Source: Perna viridis
Lineage: Eukaryota
Direction: 5' to 3'
DNA length: 64,000 nucleotides
Assembly (NCBI GenBank): GCA_037379345.1
Contig: CM074518.1
Coordinates: forward strand, 27,404,001 to 27,468,000
Each line of letters starts with the position of its first letter. Position 1 is the first letter of the stretch. Below the pieces are notes generated by a model. The model ran no database searches. It was not told the origin of the DNA and saw nothing but the letters and a program-made list of their open reading frames with translations. Below, piece by piece: positions 10,964 through 22,585 of this stretch. A program made the translations under genes and the position numbers.

Positions 10964-11300
10964 AAATAGAAGATGTGGTATGATTGCCAATGGGACTGTC
11001 ATCCATCAAAAGCCAAGCAATGAACAATTAAACTTCCACAGGTCACCTCACGCACTTTGGTGACGGGCAAACCTTGTATCATAAAGCAAGCTGTGAGAGG
11101 TCCCAGAATAGATAAAGTGAAACTATTCATAAAAGACGAAAATCTATAGAAAAAACACGTAAAATGGATAACAATGAACATAAAGAGCAACGACAACCAC
11201 TGAATACAGATTCCTTGTTAGGGACAGGCAAAAAAAGTATGTGACGGTGGTTAAACATGTGTTGTGAGTGCGCAACCCTCTCCCAACCTGGGACAAACTA
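10964..11300 (+). repeat. Probable interspersed repeat (AGATGTGGTATGATTGCCAATG-type)
   Basis: Recognised from memory as a common mussel repeat motif. It has only one copy in the window, so it is not internally confirmed. Confidence 0.4.
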
Positions 11301-13019
11301 TAAAAATCTGTTGAAGTTGGATTAGACTCTTAAGATCGATACAGAATACAAATACTTTATCAAATGGGACAAAAGACATCAGGCTGTATCTACCCTGAAA
11401 GAGTATTCACTTTTTCTGTAAGCTAGTTCAAAATCGAAAATCAACTTGATAAACACACCTTGTCCGCTCAAACGCCCCACATGTTTTAGTAAAAAATATC
11501 TTAGAGGTCTTCGTCCCAATGCCAAGATAAAAAACAGATGTTCACATGGCACATTAACATAATAACGATCCGTGGGAACTATTAAACCCCACCGGCATGG
11601 AATAGAGTACCTTTGTGAAGATCAGTTTGTTAACTAACGGAATTTATCAAAAACATATTATAAAATGTCCAAGGATAAAACAAGGTCTTCATACACATGT
11701 CAAGATAAAAAGTAATGGTAGGAAAAAGGACGAGCTGTAATATAGTTATATTAAATGTTGACTTACTTTTTTCGTATAATAAGTTTAAGAAGCAATTAAT
11801 AAACAGAATAAAAAGTAATGGCCGGAAAAAGACGAAATGTAATAGAATCAAATTAAATTTGGATTTACTTTTTTTCGTATAAGAAGTTTAAGAAGCAATA
11901 AACAGAATGTTTTGTAGTCTAAAGTAGTCTAAAAACTGTCTATAAATATGAAAATGCTTCAGTTAACTTTCTGTCTTCAATATTTATCAATTATGGACTT
12001 AACGAAGTCAACACGTTATATATGGACCTATTCAGATTATATTGACGGAGAAGGTATTGACTGAGTGAAAGTCCTAAATACATATGCGGATCTAAATTCA
12101 GAAGTATAGCGTCAATATATTCAAAAATAGAAACAGGGCTTCAAGTACGTTGAATATCCTTTGAATCATGTGATCATGATAACCAATTGAAGAAGAATGT
12201 TACACCATGTGTAATGTTCGAAAATATGAGGCATAAGGATATCCGAAAATCATATTGGATTTGACGAGTGCGTATATCTTGCCCCAATGCTGTAAAATAT
12301 TTAACAATGCTGAGCGAGCTTTGAACATCCTGGAACAAAAGAAAGACATAAAAATGTATCTAATAATAAAAATAAAATGTAAGAAAATTATTTTTTCTAA
12401 TCGTAAAGGCGTTTATTTTCGTGAGACTTTTGAGTGGTTGTATACAAGTGCATGAACTGTGTAAAAAAATCCTGCCAAAGCATAAACCATAGTTCCTTAA
12501 TTGCCTTTGATGTGAATTAGTTCGTGTCTACTGTCATGATCACGGGAACATCATCGTTTTTCTTTACCTCTTTTTTATGTTTTTAGTGTCCGTTGTTGTG
12601 TATTTCATTATTTTCTTTCTATTTGGAGTGCGGTTGGTACTATGAATGACAAATTATTTTGTTTAGTTCTAAGACGTGTATAACGTTTTAGCTACAATCT
12701 GTACAAATTAATCGTGAACTGTCGGTGCCCTTGTTAAATGTAATCTATCCACAATAAAACATTTGTCGGATCAAGTATTACAAAAATGTACAAGTACACG
12801 CTGCAATCGGAAAGCCTGTGCTACAAATGTTGGTTCTAAAAGGTTGAATTTGATTATCTAGTTAACACCAGTCCATTGTATATTCTATGGCTTATAAAGT
12901 CGAATATCGCACAAGATGTAGCTAATAAATTAGAACTTTTATAAGCCGGTCTCTAAAAGTAGAGAGCCGGCAAGTGAATTTTTTACAATCATTATCTTTA
13001 TTTTTTTTCAAAGCGTTAG

Positions 13020-13660
13020 TTAAAAGAAATGATGCGGCGTTGACAACTCAAAAATACATATATTACTTTTGCTTAAAATATCAATTCTAATCGAATTTAG
13101 GAGAATGAAACACTTTTTAACAAGGTATGGGAAGCAATCATTTAGGTATGCTGCTCCAGTCCTCTTGAAATCTCTGTCGGAGGAACTCGAACAGTGCTCT
13201 AATTTTTATCAATTTAAATCCACGATTTCACGAAGGAAGGAGGAAAAGTGTTCCTGTCTGCTGAATCTGATTTAATTGTTAATCAATGGCTAGATCGGTG
13301 TGCCTAAAACCATATTACTTGTGTGCCTTTGAATTTTGTTGACGTATTTTTGTTTGTGTGTTTTGCTTCATTTGCTTATAGTCTCGCTGCTGTTTTTGTT
13401 TGATACTTTGATACTTGCCTGCTTAACATAATTATTTTGCTTACTAGATCTATTTCTGTATAACTGCTTTATGTGTTTTTATCATATGTATAACTGTCAG
13501 ACCACGTTTCATTTTATGCTGTCTATGTTTCATTTCATTTACTGTCCATTATTTTGTGTATGCTTTCTCTGTCACAGTATATATCTTTCACTTAATGTCG
13601 GTTGTAAAGGCTCATTAAGAGCTTATGTTGCTGAATCTAAATAAAGCTTATTTGATTTGT
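13020..13660 (+). mobile_element. 3' end of a CR1/L2-like LINE (ORF2 C-terminus, 3' UTR and tail)
   Basis: ORF 13069-13275 contains TRYGKQSFRYAAPVLLKSLSEELEQCSNFYQFKSTISRRKEEKCSC, matching the typical T.YG..SFRY..P.LWN.L.....FK.....C.C end. A T-rich UTR follows, then AATAAA and TTTGATTTG. Confidence 0.72.
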
Positions 13661-13888
13661 TTTAATATAAAACACCAACATATGAAGCAACATGTCGTTT
13701 GGGGTTTTGTTCTTTTCTCGACGATATACGGTTAAAACTTAATGATTCAATGCCCTCTACACCCCACTTGAAAATTTCTACAACCATCCCAGTGGAATGA
13801 TAATAAGTGGATTACATACCTGAAGATTTATTATGAAAAATGTACAAAACACCTCAGATTTAATTCAGTTTAACAAGGTATATTGTTA

Positions 13889-15955
13889 TCATATACAAAT
13901 ACCATGTTTGCTACAACTTTGATCACGTGAGCAGCAGGAGTATGAAATAAACGGAACCGAATTATATTCACAACATTCCTCCCCAAGAGGACACGGTTGG
14001 TCTACGCATGTGAGGGGATGTGGTGAAGGGAAATGCGGATCAAAGTTACAATTAACTCCAGAACACTTGGTCTTGGGTTTTATTGCGGCTACAAAAAGAT
14101 CAAACGCTGCAGTTTGTTGTTCTGGGGCACCGAACGTGAATGGGCCACTCCAGTCTGGTCCAAAAAGTGGACCTGAAGTATTATAATACGGAGGGCCGTC
14201 TCGAAATGTCATTTTGCATTCAATTATTGGCTGTTTATCGCATACAGTGTTCTTTTTCGTGGCATTTACATTGAAATCAAGCCAGACTTTGTATTGTTGG
14301 TACAACTCCGGATTTAGATATTCTAAGGAGTCCAACAAGTACCTGAGATTCCGTACAAATATTCCTTTAAAAACAATTTGGTCTCTATTACAATTAGGTT
14401 CGCAGTACTCGGTGAAGATACCCGTTTTTGACGTGCTGTAAGCAATTATGGCATCCGCAATTTTCACAGCTAAATCAAGCAGCGATCTCTTCCTCAACAC
14501 TTTATACATTTCTACTAGCCCTCCAATCATTGTGCCCGACAAATAGGATGGTCCGTAGTATTGATTCGGTCCACAGTTACTTGTAGCCCCGTCATTTATC
14601 AAATAAGTAGTCTCATTCACCAACTTATTCATCGAAATGTAATGATAAATTAAGTTCAATCTTTCAAGATAGTATGGGTCCTTCGTGAGTCGAAAAAGTC
14701 TACCCGCTAATTGAAAATATATTAAATTAGTGATAGTTTGTTTGCTCCTGAATTCGTTATCGAACCAAAACCCTCCACCACAGTGTCCTTCGTGGTCCCA
14801 TCCAGTCTTCCAAACCCAAATAAAAATATCTTTTGACGTGTCCAAGAACTTTCGTATACCTAAGACTTCATATATTCTACTGTAACTCAAGCCAAACCAG
14901 CCGATATCATCGAATGATGGATATGGACCATAAGCCTCTAGTAAAGACTTCAGTTGACGTTGAGATGACGTAACTACACTGATGTATCGCCTATGTTTTG
15001 CGTATGCGGCGAAGTTTACCATGGTCTCCAATATTAGCCCATTCTGCCAAAAGCCAACATAGCCATTCCAAACCTTTAAAAAGTATATCAAAATTAAGAG
15101 TAAATTATGATGGGTGATTTTACTGCATTTTTTGGGTGCACCTCTTTCATTTGAAGCATACTAGACATCGGAAACTATTTTATTACTCAATAATAAACGG
15201 TTTCGTGACTGTCATCACCGCATCTATCCCATAGAAAATGGAATTGAGGGTACTACATAAACAAAGAAATGTGCAATCCTATTCTATCTCGAAATACATG
15301 TAGACGATGGTTAGAGGCCCCGGGCACTTCCTATATTTAGAAGGGGAATGGGCGTGCCGCTGGAATAGGAACCATTTTTCGCTTAAAAATGTGAATAGGT
15401 GGGGAAAACAAACACAATTAAATGATAAGTCAATAAAGATTACATTACGAATTATATGGATAGTCAAAAACATCCTTGTCCTATCATGGGGGTGGACAGG
15501 GAGTGTCATAATTCCCACTACCCTCCTCTAGACCACCGCCTTCCACCCTCCTGACCACCGCTTCGCGACCCCTTTCATTTTACCCCCGAATTATTGTTCC
15601 AAACCATAATCCCCGAATCCCATATGTTTCACTTCGTGTTCGCCGCCCCTTCAACCACCGTTCTCCGTCCCCTCCATCACCGTTCCCCACCCCTTCAACT
15701 ATCGATTTCCACCCCCTAACCCCCGTATTCCCATCCTCCCAGTCCACACTCTCTATCAGATGTGAATAGGTAGGAAAAACGAACATGAAGATGTGGTAAG
15801 TCGATAAAGTTTACCTTACGAATTATATAGATAGTCAAAAATATCCTTGTTCTATCACCTGTTGTAATTATTTTCGTATTTGTAGAATAATTAAATGCAT
15901 GATGAATATTGTTATTGTATTTCCTAGTGCATCATATCAAGGGAACACCCCTTAA

Positions 15956-15986
<31 letters not shown>

Positions 15987-16052
15987 TGAGGTCTGAAAAA
16001 TTCCTTCTCGTAGGATTAATCTAGGGCGGTATGGTTGTACGGGACAGTTCAC

Positions 16053-16101
<49 letters not shown>

Positions 16102-16874
16102 CCCCAGGACAATAGGTATCGATGAAAGCTTGGGATTTATAAAGTAACTCTTTGTCAAACTGGATACTACATGTACAAGTAACTTTTGCTTTTATATGCT
16201 CCAATGAATAGATTATTTCATTATTTATTACTCATCTGTTATGGTCGAAATTATTGTCATTTCGTAGACTTGTCAACGCAGATGTACATGGATTGACGAT
16301 GGCTGAATTTCCTTTGAAGCGTAATTTTAACCTTCCTCTAATCAACACTAGTAAGCTTAATCCGAATTTCTTCGACCTTGCAACCCCATTATTTTATTTA
16401 GATTCCGATACCGGACTAAGGAAGTAGGCTTCACATTCTTCACGGTATTTTTTGTATGGTTAGCGTCCCTAGAGATCATTTGATATTTCTTGGGTTTACT
16501 GTTGTTTCACAATATCATTTTTTGTGGGGCTGAAGATTTAGTATTATTGTTTTAAATATAAATGGAAGTAAATGAAGATTCATAAACAGCGGTCGTGCGT
16601 GATCCGCAAGGATAGTCAAGACCGTAAAAAATCCCAATCATCATCATTCATAAAAAATTCGTATCAATTTCCCTTGAACCCCTTAACTTACCAGGTAACT
16701 GTAGAGACCAGCAATTGGTGAAGGGAACCAGTTTGACTGGAGCGCGAATTGTGCTCTACATGCCGTAAGAGCGGCATAGTCGTCTTCAAACATTTCATTT
16801 GTACATGTTTCATGTCCACTAGCAAGATGTTCCTTCCGGAATAAAACAAATAAACAAACACAAACGATTCTCAT
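13889..16874 (-). CDS. GH76-family glycoside hydrolase paralog C (455 aa) with C-terminal Cys-rich module; exons 16874-16692 and 15073-13889
   Basis: Exon 1 is MRIVCVCLFVLF...TCTNEMFEDDYAALTACRAQFALQSNWFPSPIAGLYSYL|GTAAGT, and the acceptor TTTTTAAAG|GTT is at the same position and phase as in A and B. Motifs SFDDIGW, CGGGFWF, KQTITN and CEPNCNRDQIVFKGIFVRNL are present, with the same 8-Cys tail as B. Confidence 0.92.
15389..15857. repeat. About 100-bp direct repeat (15389-15487, 15759-15857) bracketing a C-rich tract in the intron of paralog C
   Basis: ATGTGAATAGGT.GG.AAAAC...TTACGAATTATAT.GATAGTCAAAAA.ATCCTTGT.CTATCA occurs twice. Confidence 0.8.
15955..16101. repeat. Microsatellites (TA)n(GA)n and (GT)n(AT)n
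   Basis: Directly visible dinucleotide runs. Confidence 0.95.
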
Positions 16875-18240
16875 CTACGCTTCATGTAGCTAACTGCAGT
16901 CTCTTAATAGGGATAAATATAGAAACATTCCGAGTAAGTCGAGGCTCTATATGAGTTCTCGTCACATTTTGAAAGGCACCAAATTCGAGGATTTTTTTAC
17001 CTTTTGATCTAGACAATTCTATCAATAACTTATACTTATGCCACAATGTTTACATAATATACTGAATAACAGGAGAAATGCACCACTTCTTTCCAGTTAA
17101 AGTAAAATAAAAAATCTGAATAAAGTAACTTTCTAAATTATTTGTTACAAGAAATGATCAATAAACTGCAACATTTCTGCTTTTTTTAAGTAGAATTTAA
17201 ACAATACTTCATCATTTTTTTACTTACTAGACGGCATCATTTTTTTCTTTTTTGGGGAGAAAATGTCAAGTTCTATAAAATCAAAACTGCAAATTAGGAA
17301 AATCTTCATTTTCACATGCGTAGATTCTACTTGCAAAATGTATAATTTTCAGTTCATTTCATCTATTATTTTAAAAAAGGATATTTAGCTTAAATCTTTA
17401 CTCTGACAAAAGAAATAAATATAAGTGGTGTTTCCTTGCATTGCTGATTGGCTTTCTTTATTCAGTGGCTCCTGCTAGGTTCAATTAATCATTTCAAGTA
17501 ACATATTAACCAGTAATGCAGGCAAAATAATCATGCATTTTATTGTATATAGTTCTCCTTAATCTGGCTCTGAACAATAAGCTATGCATATTAATGTAGC
17601 ATGTACAAGGAATATGTATTTTCAAAGTGTGGGTTATAGGGCAACAACTTGGCAGCAGTAAACAGTTGTAGATTTCATAGGAAATAATGTACCAGTTGAA
17701 AGCCTTGAAAATGTGCTAAATAAAGCGATTTTAACTGAATTTAAAGTTTTAATATCTCCAGTGGGCAACTTTACTTTTATTTACTCTTATTTGCACTTAT
17801 ATTTCCTAATAGAATTTCTAAGGGGCCTGCAGAAGGATTTGCAATATTAATGTAAAAATCATCCAATATAGGCCTCTGTCTGGTTTTTAGGCAGAGCTGT
17901 ACTTAAATGATACACCTATCACCTTTTTAGGTGTTCATTCAAGTACTTTAACTCTAAAATTATTAATCTGATTGTATTTTTTTTAAAGAAAGACACCGCG
18001 AAGAATGTACTTTAACATAGCAATCTAATTAAAATTAGATCTATTTAATGTTTCATTCAGTCACTGTATGTAGGATCTAACAACACTTCATTCTACTTTC
18101 TGTTCAGATGACTTTTTCAGAATCCTTAGGTTTTCCCTTTGAATAATGCTTTCAAAATTATGAAAGACTAAATCTGATTTGCTGATGAGAAAGGTAACCA
18201 GATAAAAGAACAGCGTTCCAATGTTCCCCCACATAAAAAA

Positions 18241-18897
18241 AAGTGTGGAAAACTTTAAATTCACTGAAATTTTCTAAGTCTCAGGGCTGTAACTTATGTA
18301 AAAATCATTCAACCATAACTATGGTTGAATTTAATCTGTTACTTCTCATGGTAAAACTACATACAAAAGATAAAATCAGTTGGTAAAAGCATTACAAAAA
18401 TAAGTGTGGAAAACTGTAAATTCACTGAAATTTTCTAAGTCTAAGGGCTGTAACTTATGTAAAAATCATTCAACCATAACTATGGTTGAATTTAATCTGT
18501 TACTTCTCATGGTAAAACTACATACAAAAGATAAAATCAGTTGGTAAAAGCATTACAAAAATAAGTGTGGAAAACTGTAAATTCACTGAAATTTTCTAAG
18601 TCTAAGGGCTGTAACTTATGTAAAAATCATTCAACCATAACTATGGTTGAATTTAATCTGTTACTTCTCATGGTAAAACTACATACAAAAGATAAAATCA
18701 ATTGGTAAAAGCATTACAAAAATAAGTGTGGAAAACTGTAAATTCACTGAAATTTTCCAAGTCCAAGGGTGGTGACTTCCGTAAAAATCATTTAACCATA
18801 ACCAAAGTCAAACTTAATCTTTAACTCTTCATAATAAGGCTACATACCAAAAACAAACTTATTTTGTAGGAGTATTACAAAAAAAAGTGTGGAAAAC
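18241..18897. repeat. 161-bp satellite array (4 units plus a partial), probably the core of a Helentron-type element (about 18205-18957)
   Basis: AAGTGTGGAAAAC recurs at 18241, 18402, 18563, 18724 and 18885. The first three units are near-identical and the fourth is diverged. The region ends GGACGCC..ATGTCC..CGGGGGTAAAAA. Confidence 0.92.
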
Positions 18898-19458
18898 ACG
18901 AACAGAAGGACGCCCAGCATTTCCATGTCCACTCACAACACATCACGGGGGTAAAAAGAAAGAATGTAGTGTTAGATCCTACACGCAGTGACTGAATGGA
19001 ACGATTGATAGGTCTAATGTCAATAAGATTGTAAACATACCTAACCATACAGTCTCTTAACCAGTAAACAAACAGTAATTAACAAAATAAGATATTTATT
19101 TCTAATAAAATCTGTATAATATAAAAATTGAATTGTACACTTATATCCAATATGTTACATGTGAGTATTGCACGGTGAATAAGGCGTATGTTAGTACAAT
19201 TCTTTCCAACCAGGTAAACATTCAATGTTTCGGTAACATTGCAGTACTTTACAAGATATCTACTGGCAGTACTTACATTTTAATAAAATTTTATATAGTA
19301 GTAATCAAGGTTAAAACAAGGTTAAAGAAAAAATATTACATGAAAAAACTACATATATTTTAAATAGTTGGCATATCACTGTTAACATAGGCTTTTTTTT
19401 TATGAATGCATGTGATTTCTTAGATCTGTGCTGTAGCCAATAATTACAAATATGTTTG

Positions 19459-20081
19459 TTAGGGATGTTCTCTGCTCTGTCTAAAAATAACAATGATTCA
19501 AAGGATTGTGAAATATTTTAAGATCTTTCACGATAGAACAATATAAGATGAACAAAAATGATTGGTCAGTGTTCTAGTTCTTTAGATATAAGCATTTGAA
19601 ATTTGTGTGGGAAAAGGATTTCTCCAGATTTTCCATAGATTTTGTCTTCAAAAGTTAACTTCTAAAAACCCAGAAAAAATAAAAAAACTTCTTAAATAGC
19701 ATTTTAAGGTACAAGTGTTTACATTAGGCCAACATTTATGCCCTTTACTTTAATAGATACACAAGGCCATATAATATTATACCTCTGTTTCCTGTTACCC
19801 GACCGACACATTCTTTAGATATAAGCATTTGAAATTTGTGTGGGAAAAGGATTTCTCCAGCTTTTCCATAGATTTTGTCTTCAAAAGTTAACTTCTAAAA
19901 ACCCAGAAAAAATAAAAAAAACTTCTTATATAGCATTTTAAGGTAAGTTTGATGAAACCATGTAAAGAGAAGTGGGGGGGGGATCACTACACAAACAAAT
20001 TTAATGATATGAAATGGAAAAAGCAAGAGGAATCTGAAAATCTGTGAAAAATGGCTGAACATGAGCAGTGAACATCCTTAA
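19459..20081. mobile_element. TTAA-flanked non-autonomous DNA transposon (Kolobok/piggyBac-like), GGATGTTC termini
   Basis: TTAG-GGATGTTC ... GAACATCC-TTAA, with a related inverted copy at 52149-52531. Confidence 0.65.
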
Positions 20082-20510
20082 ATATCAAATTACATGTACT
20101 TGGGAACACAAAAAAAGAAAATTGAAAAAGAAATAAAACCATAAGGTTGCTTCCTTTCAACAAAAAATATTGAATCCATCAAAGTGATGATAGATCAGTA
20201 ATAAAAGAAAATACACTGGTATCTGATAATAAATGGGGTATAAAGAGCAAAGTTTTTTTTGAATTTCTAGACACTGTTAACAAATCAAATTCCAGCACAA
20301 TAAAAGTCTTAAAATAAGTTAGTACATGTTATTTTGCTATCAAATGACTAACAGATTAAAAACAAAATTGTTTTTCATTGATGGTCATAGAAAATGCAAA
20401 TATACAAGTATAACTCACTTCTATTATTGATGAATGTTAACAAATTAAAGAGACAATTACAAGTGTTTACATTAGGCCAACATTTATGCCCTTTACTTTA
20501 ATAGATACAC

Positions 20511-20806
20511 AAGGCCATATAATATTATATCTCTGTTTCCTGTTACCCGACCGACTCATGCCTTACCCCCCAAGTAACTTATTTCCTAGTTAAACAACAG
20601 CAAAAAGTACCACCAAACAACCTGATGTTTTACAAACTGTAGTCATTTTTCTGTTTCAGTCCGGGTGGTTAATAAGATGTTTTTGAAGTTGTTTTCTTTG
20701 AATTTTGGGAAAAAATAAGTCAATACATTAAAATAAAATTCTGACCTACTGACTCATTTATTTTCTAACATGTAACAGGAAATAGACGTATAATTTCATT
20801 TGGCTT
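20511..20806. mobile_element. MITE with AGGCCA..TTCCTGTTAC terminal inverted repeats; related copy at 62890-63105
   Basis: AAGGCCATATAATATTATATCTCTGTTTCCTGTTAC versus GTAACAGGAAATAGACGTATAATTTCATTTGGCTT. Confidence 0.55.
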
Positions 20807-21528
20807 GAAATGTGTCATCTAAAAGCTACATGATAAAACACACATGTAGCAGTCATTACTCCTACAACTACTGAAAGCAGCTGCTGATCCACATGTTAAG
20901 GTTAGATGATATTATTAAACATCTTATCTCATGTCATTACTTACAGTATAATCTTCCATTTACAACTTCATGTACACTGTACAATAATTTAAATAATAAA
21001 GCCATGTCTATTTCTATCTCTGTGCTCCAAGAAATTATTTCTAGAAAAGGATTATGCTGTTATTTACACAGTAAAGCTGATGATACATGCTTTTTAAAAA
21101 AGAACAGGTCCCTTGAAATGACAATAAAGTTAAAAACATATAACAAAACCCTAAAAATATGTATAGACCAATATTAATGATTAAATTCTGAAGTTAAAAA
21201 CAAATAATCATAACCAACATTGCCATACAATTGCTTCATGTTAGTGGTTACATATTTGTTGACATTTTGCAATGCTAATTACAAAATAATTTCTTAAAAT
21301 TTTGACCAACAATAATAATTGTGAAACACTGGTAACACTTGAATATATATGCATACACAATTCTAGCATTGTTTAAATTATAAATGCATGCAGTACTAGA
21401 TTCAAAATTGAAAAATTGTCTTTTTCAACCTTGAAAAAATGTTTCTGTGGAAGGCCTTCTTCCAACTCCCCTCCAGCTATATGTTATTCTCTATTCATCT
21501 CAATTGACATGCGACTAAAAGATGCAGA

Positions 21529-21793
21529 GAAACAGCTGGAGAAGAGACTGAAGAAGGCTTATGGGTGAAACAGCTGGAGAAGACTGAAGAAGGCTTATAG
21601 TGAAACAGCTGGAGAAGGGACTGAAGAAGATTATAGTGAAACAGCTGGAGAAGGGACTGAAGAAGCTTATGGGTGAAATAGCTGGAGAAGACACTGAAGA
21701 AGACTTATGGGTGAAACACCTAGAGAAGAGCCTGAAGAAGGCTTATAATGAAACAGCTGGAAAAGAGACTGAAGAGGGCTTTTGGGTGAAACA
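21529..21793. repeat. About 38-bp purine-rich minisatellite, about 7 copies
   Basis: Unit GAAACAGCTGGAGAAGAGACTGAAGAAGGCTTATGGGT with variants. Confidence 0.9.
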
Positions 21794-22585
21794 TTCTTTG
21801 TTGGTTAAAAAAGACATTACTAAAGAAACATTCCATAAGAAAATTAAAACACTGATAAAAATTACTGGTAATCTTAAGAAGTTTTCTTGAAAGATGATAT
21901 ATAACAAATAGTTATCTAAGGATCTACATATAAAATGTTCAGGTAACCAGCTATAAATAGCATTTTTTTTTTATTTTGGGGTCAAAAATAAACAAATGAT
22001 ACCCAGGAAATTCCTATTTTTACAATTTTCTGGCTTGGAAACCCTTCTCTGTAATGCCCTGGTGTACATGTATGTAAATCCTGAGAATTGTATAGAAAGG
22101 TTGTTCAATGAACATATAATAAATTAACAATCGCAATGCATTTCTATTAATTGATCTTTAAGGGGGTCCAGATTTTACACTTGAAAATGACACTATCAAG
22201 ATCAATCTTTTTTTTTCTTAATAAAAAAGTACATGTACTTTTATAAAAGTAAACATTTACTTAGAAACGACATTATAATGTATTCACACAGTATAAGCTG
22301 AATATAATATCACACTAAAACATAAGAGAACAACTTCAAAATTGCACTTCTTTTTATTTCTATTAAAGAACAAAAATCATGATATTTTGGAGTGATTAAT
22401 ACAATGTATTAACAATAAGCTGACCTTTAATACACAACATAATTTCTTATAACATTTTAACATCTTGAGTTTTCTCTAATTTGAATATCACAAGACAAAA
22501 AGGCCAAACACAACCTAACCATTGAAAGACAACCATGAACTTATAGCACTTGCATTTATGTTTATGTTAAAGTATTTTCAGTACT

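Noticed and set aside
11990-12460. Possible pseudogene in a coding-looking stretch
   Set aside because: There are stops in all plus-strand frames I read and no family motif that I recognise.
15195-15225. Minus-strand GTGATGA..GAAAC hammerhead-like motif
   Set aside because: It lacks the C of CUGA and a proper stem II.
1-16874. GH76 genes as fungal or bacterial contamination
   Set aside because: They have kb-sized spliceosomal introns filled with repeat families also found elsewhere in the window, and paralog C is contiguous with a metazoan-type RhoGEF gene.
21529-21793. CRISPR-like array or coiled-coil ORF 21600-21890 (also the 61609-61923 array)
   Set aside because: Head-to-tail units without unique spacers, no cas genes, and a eukaryotic context.
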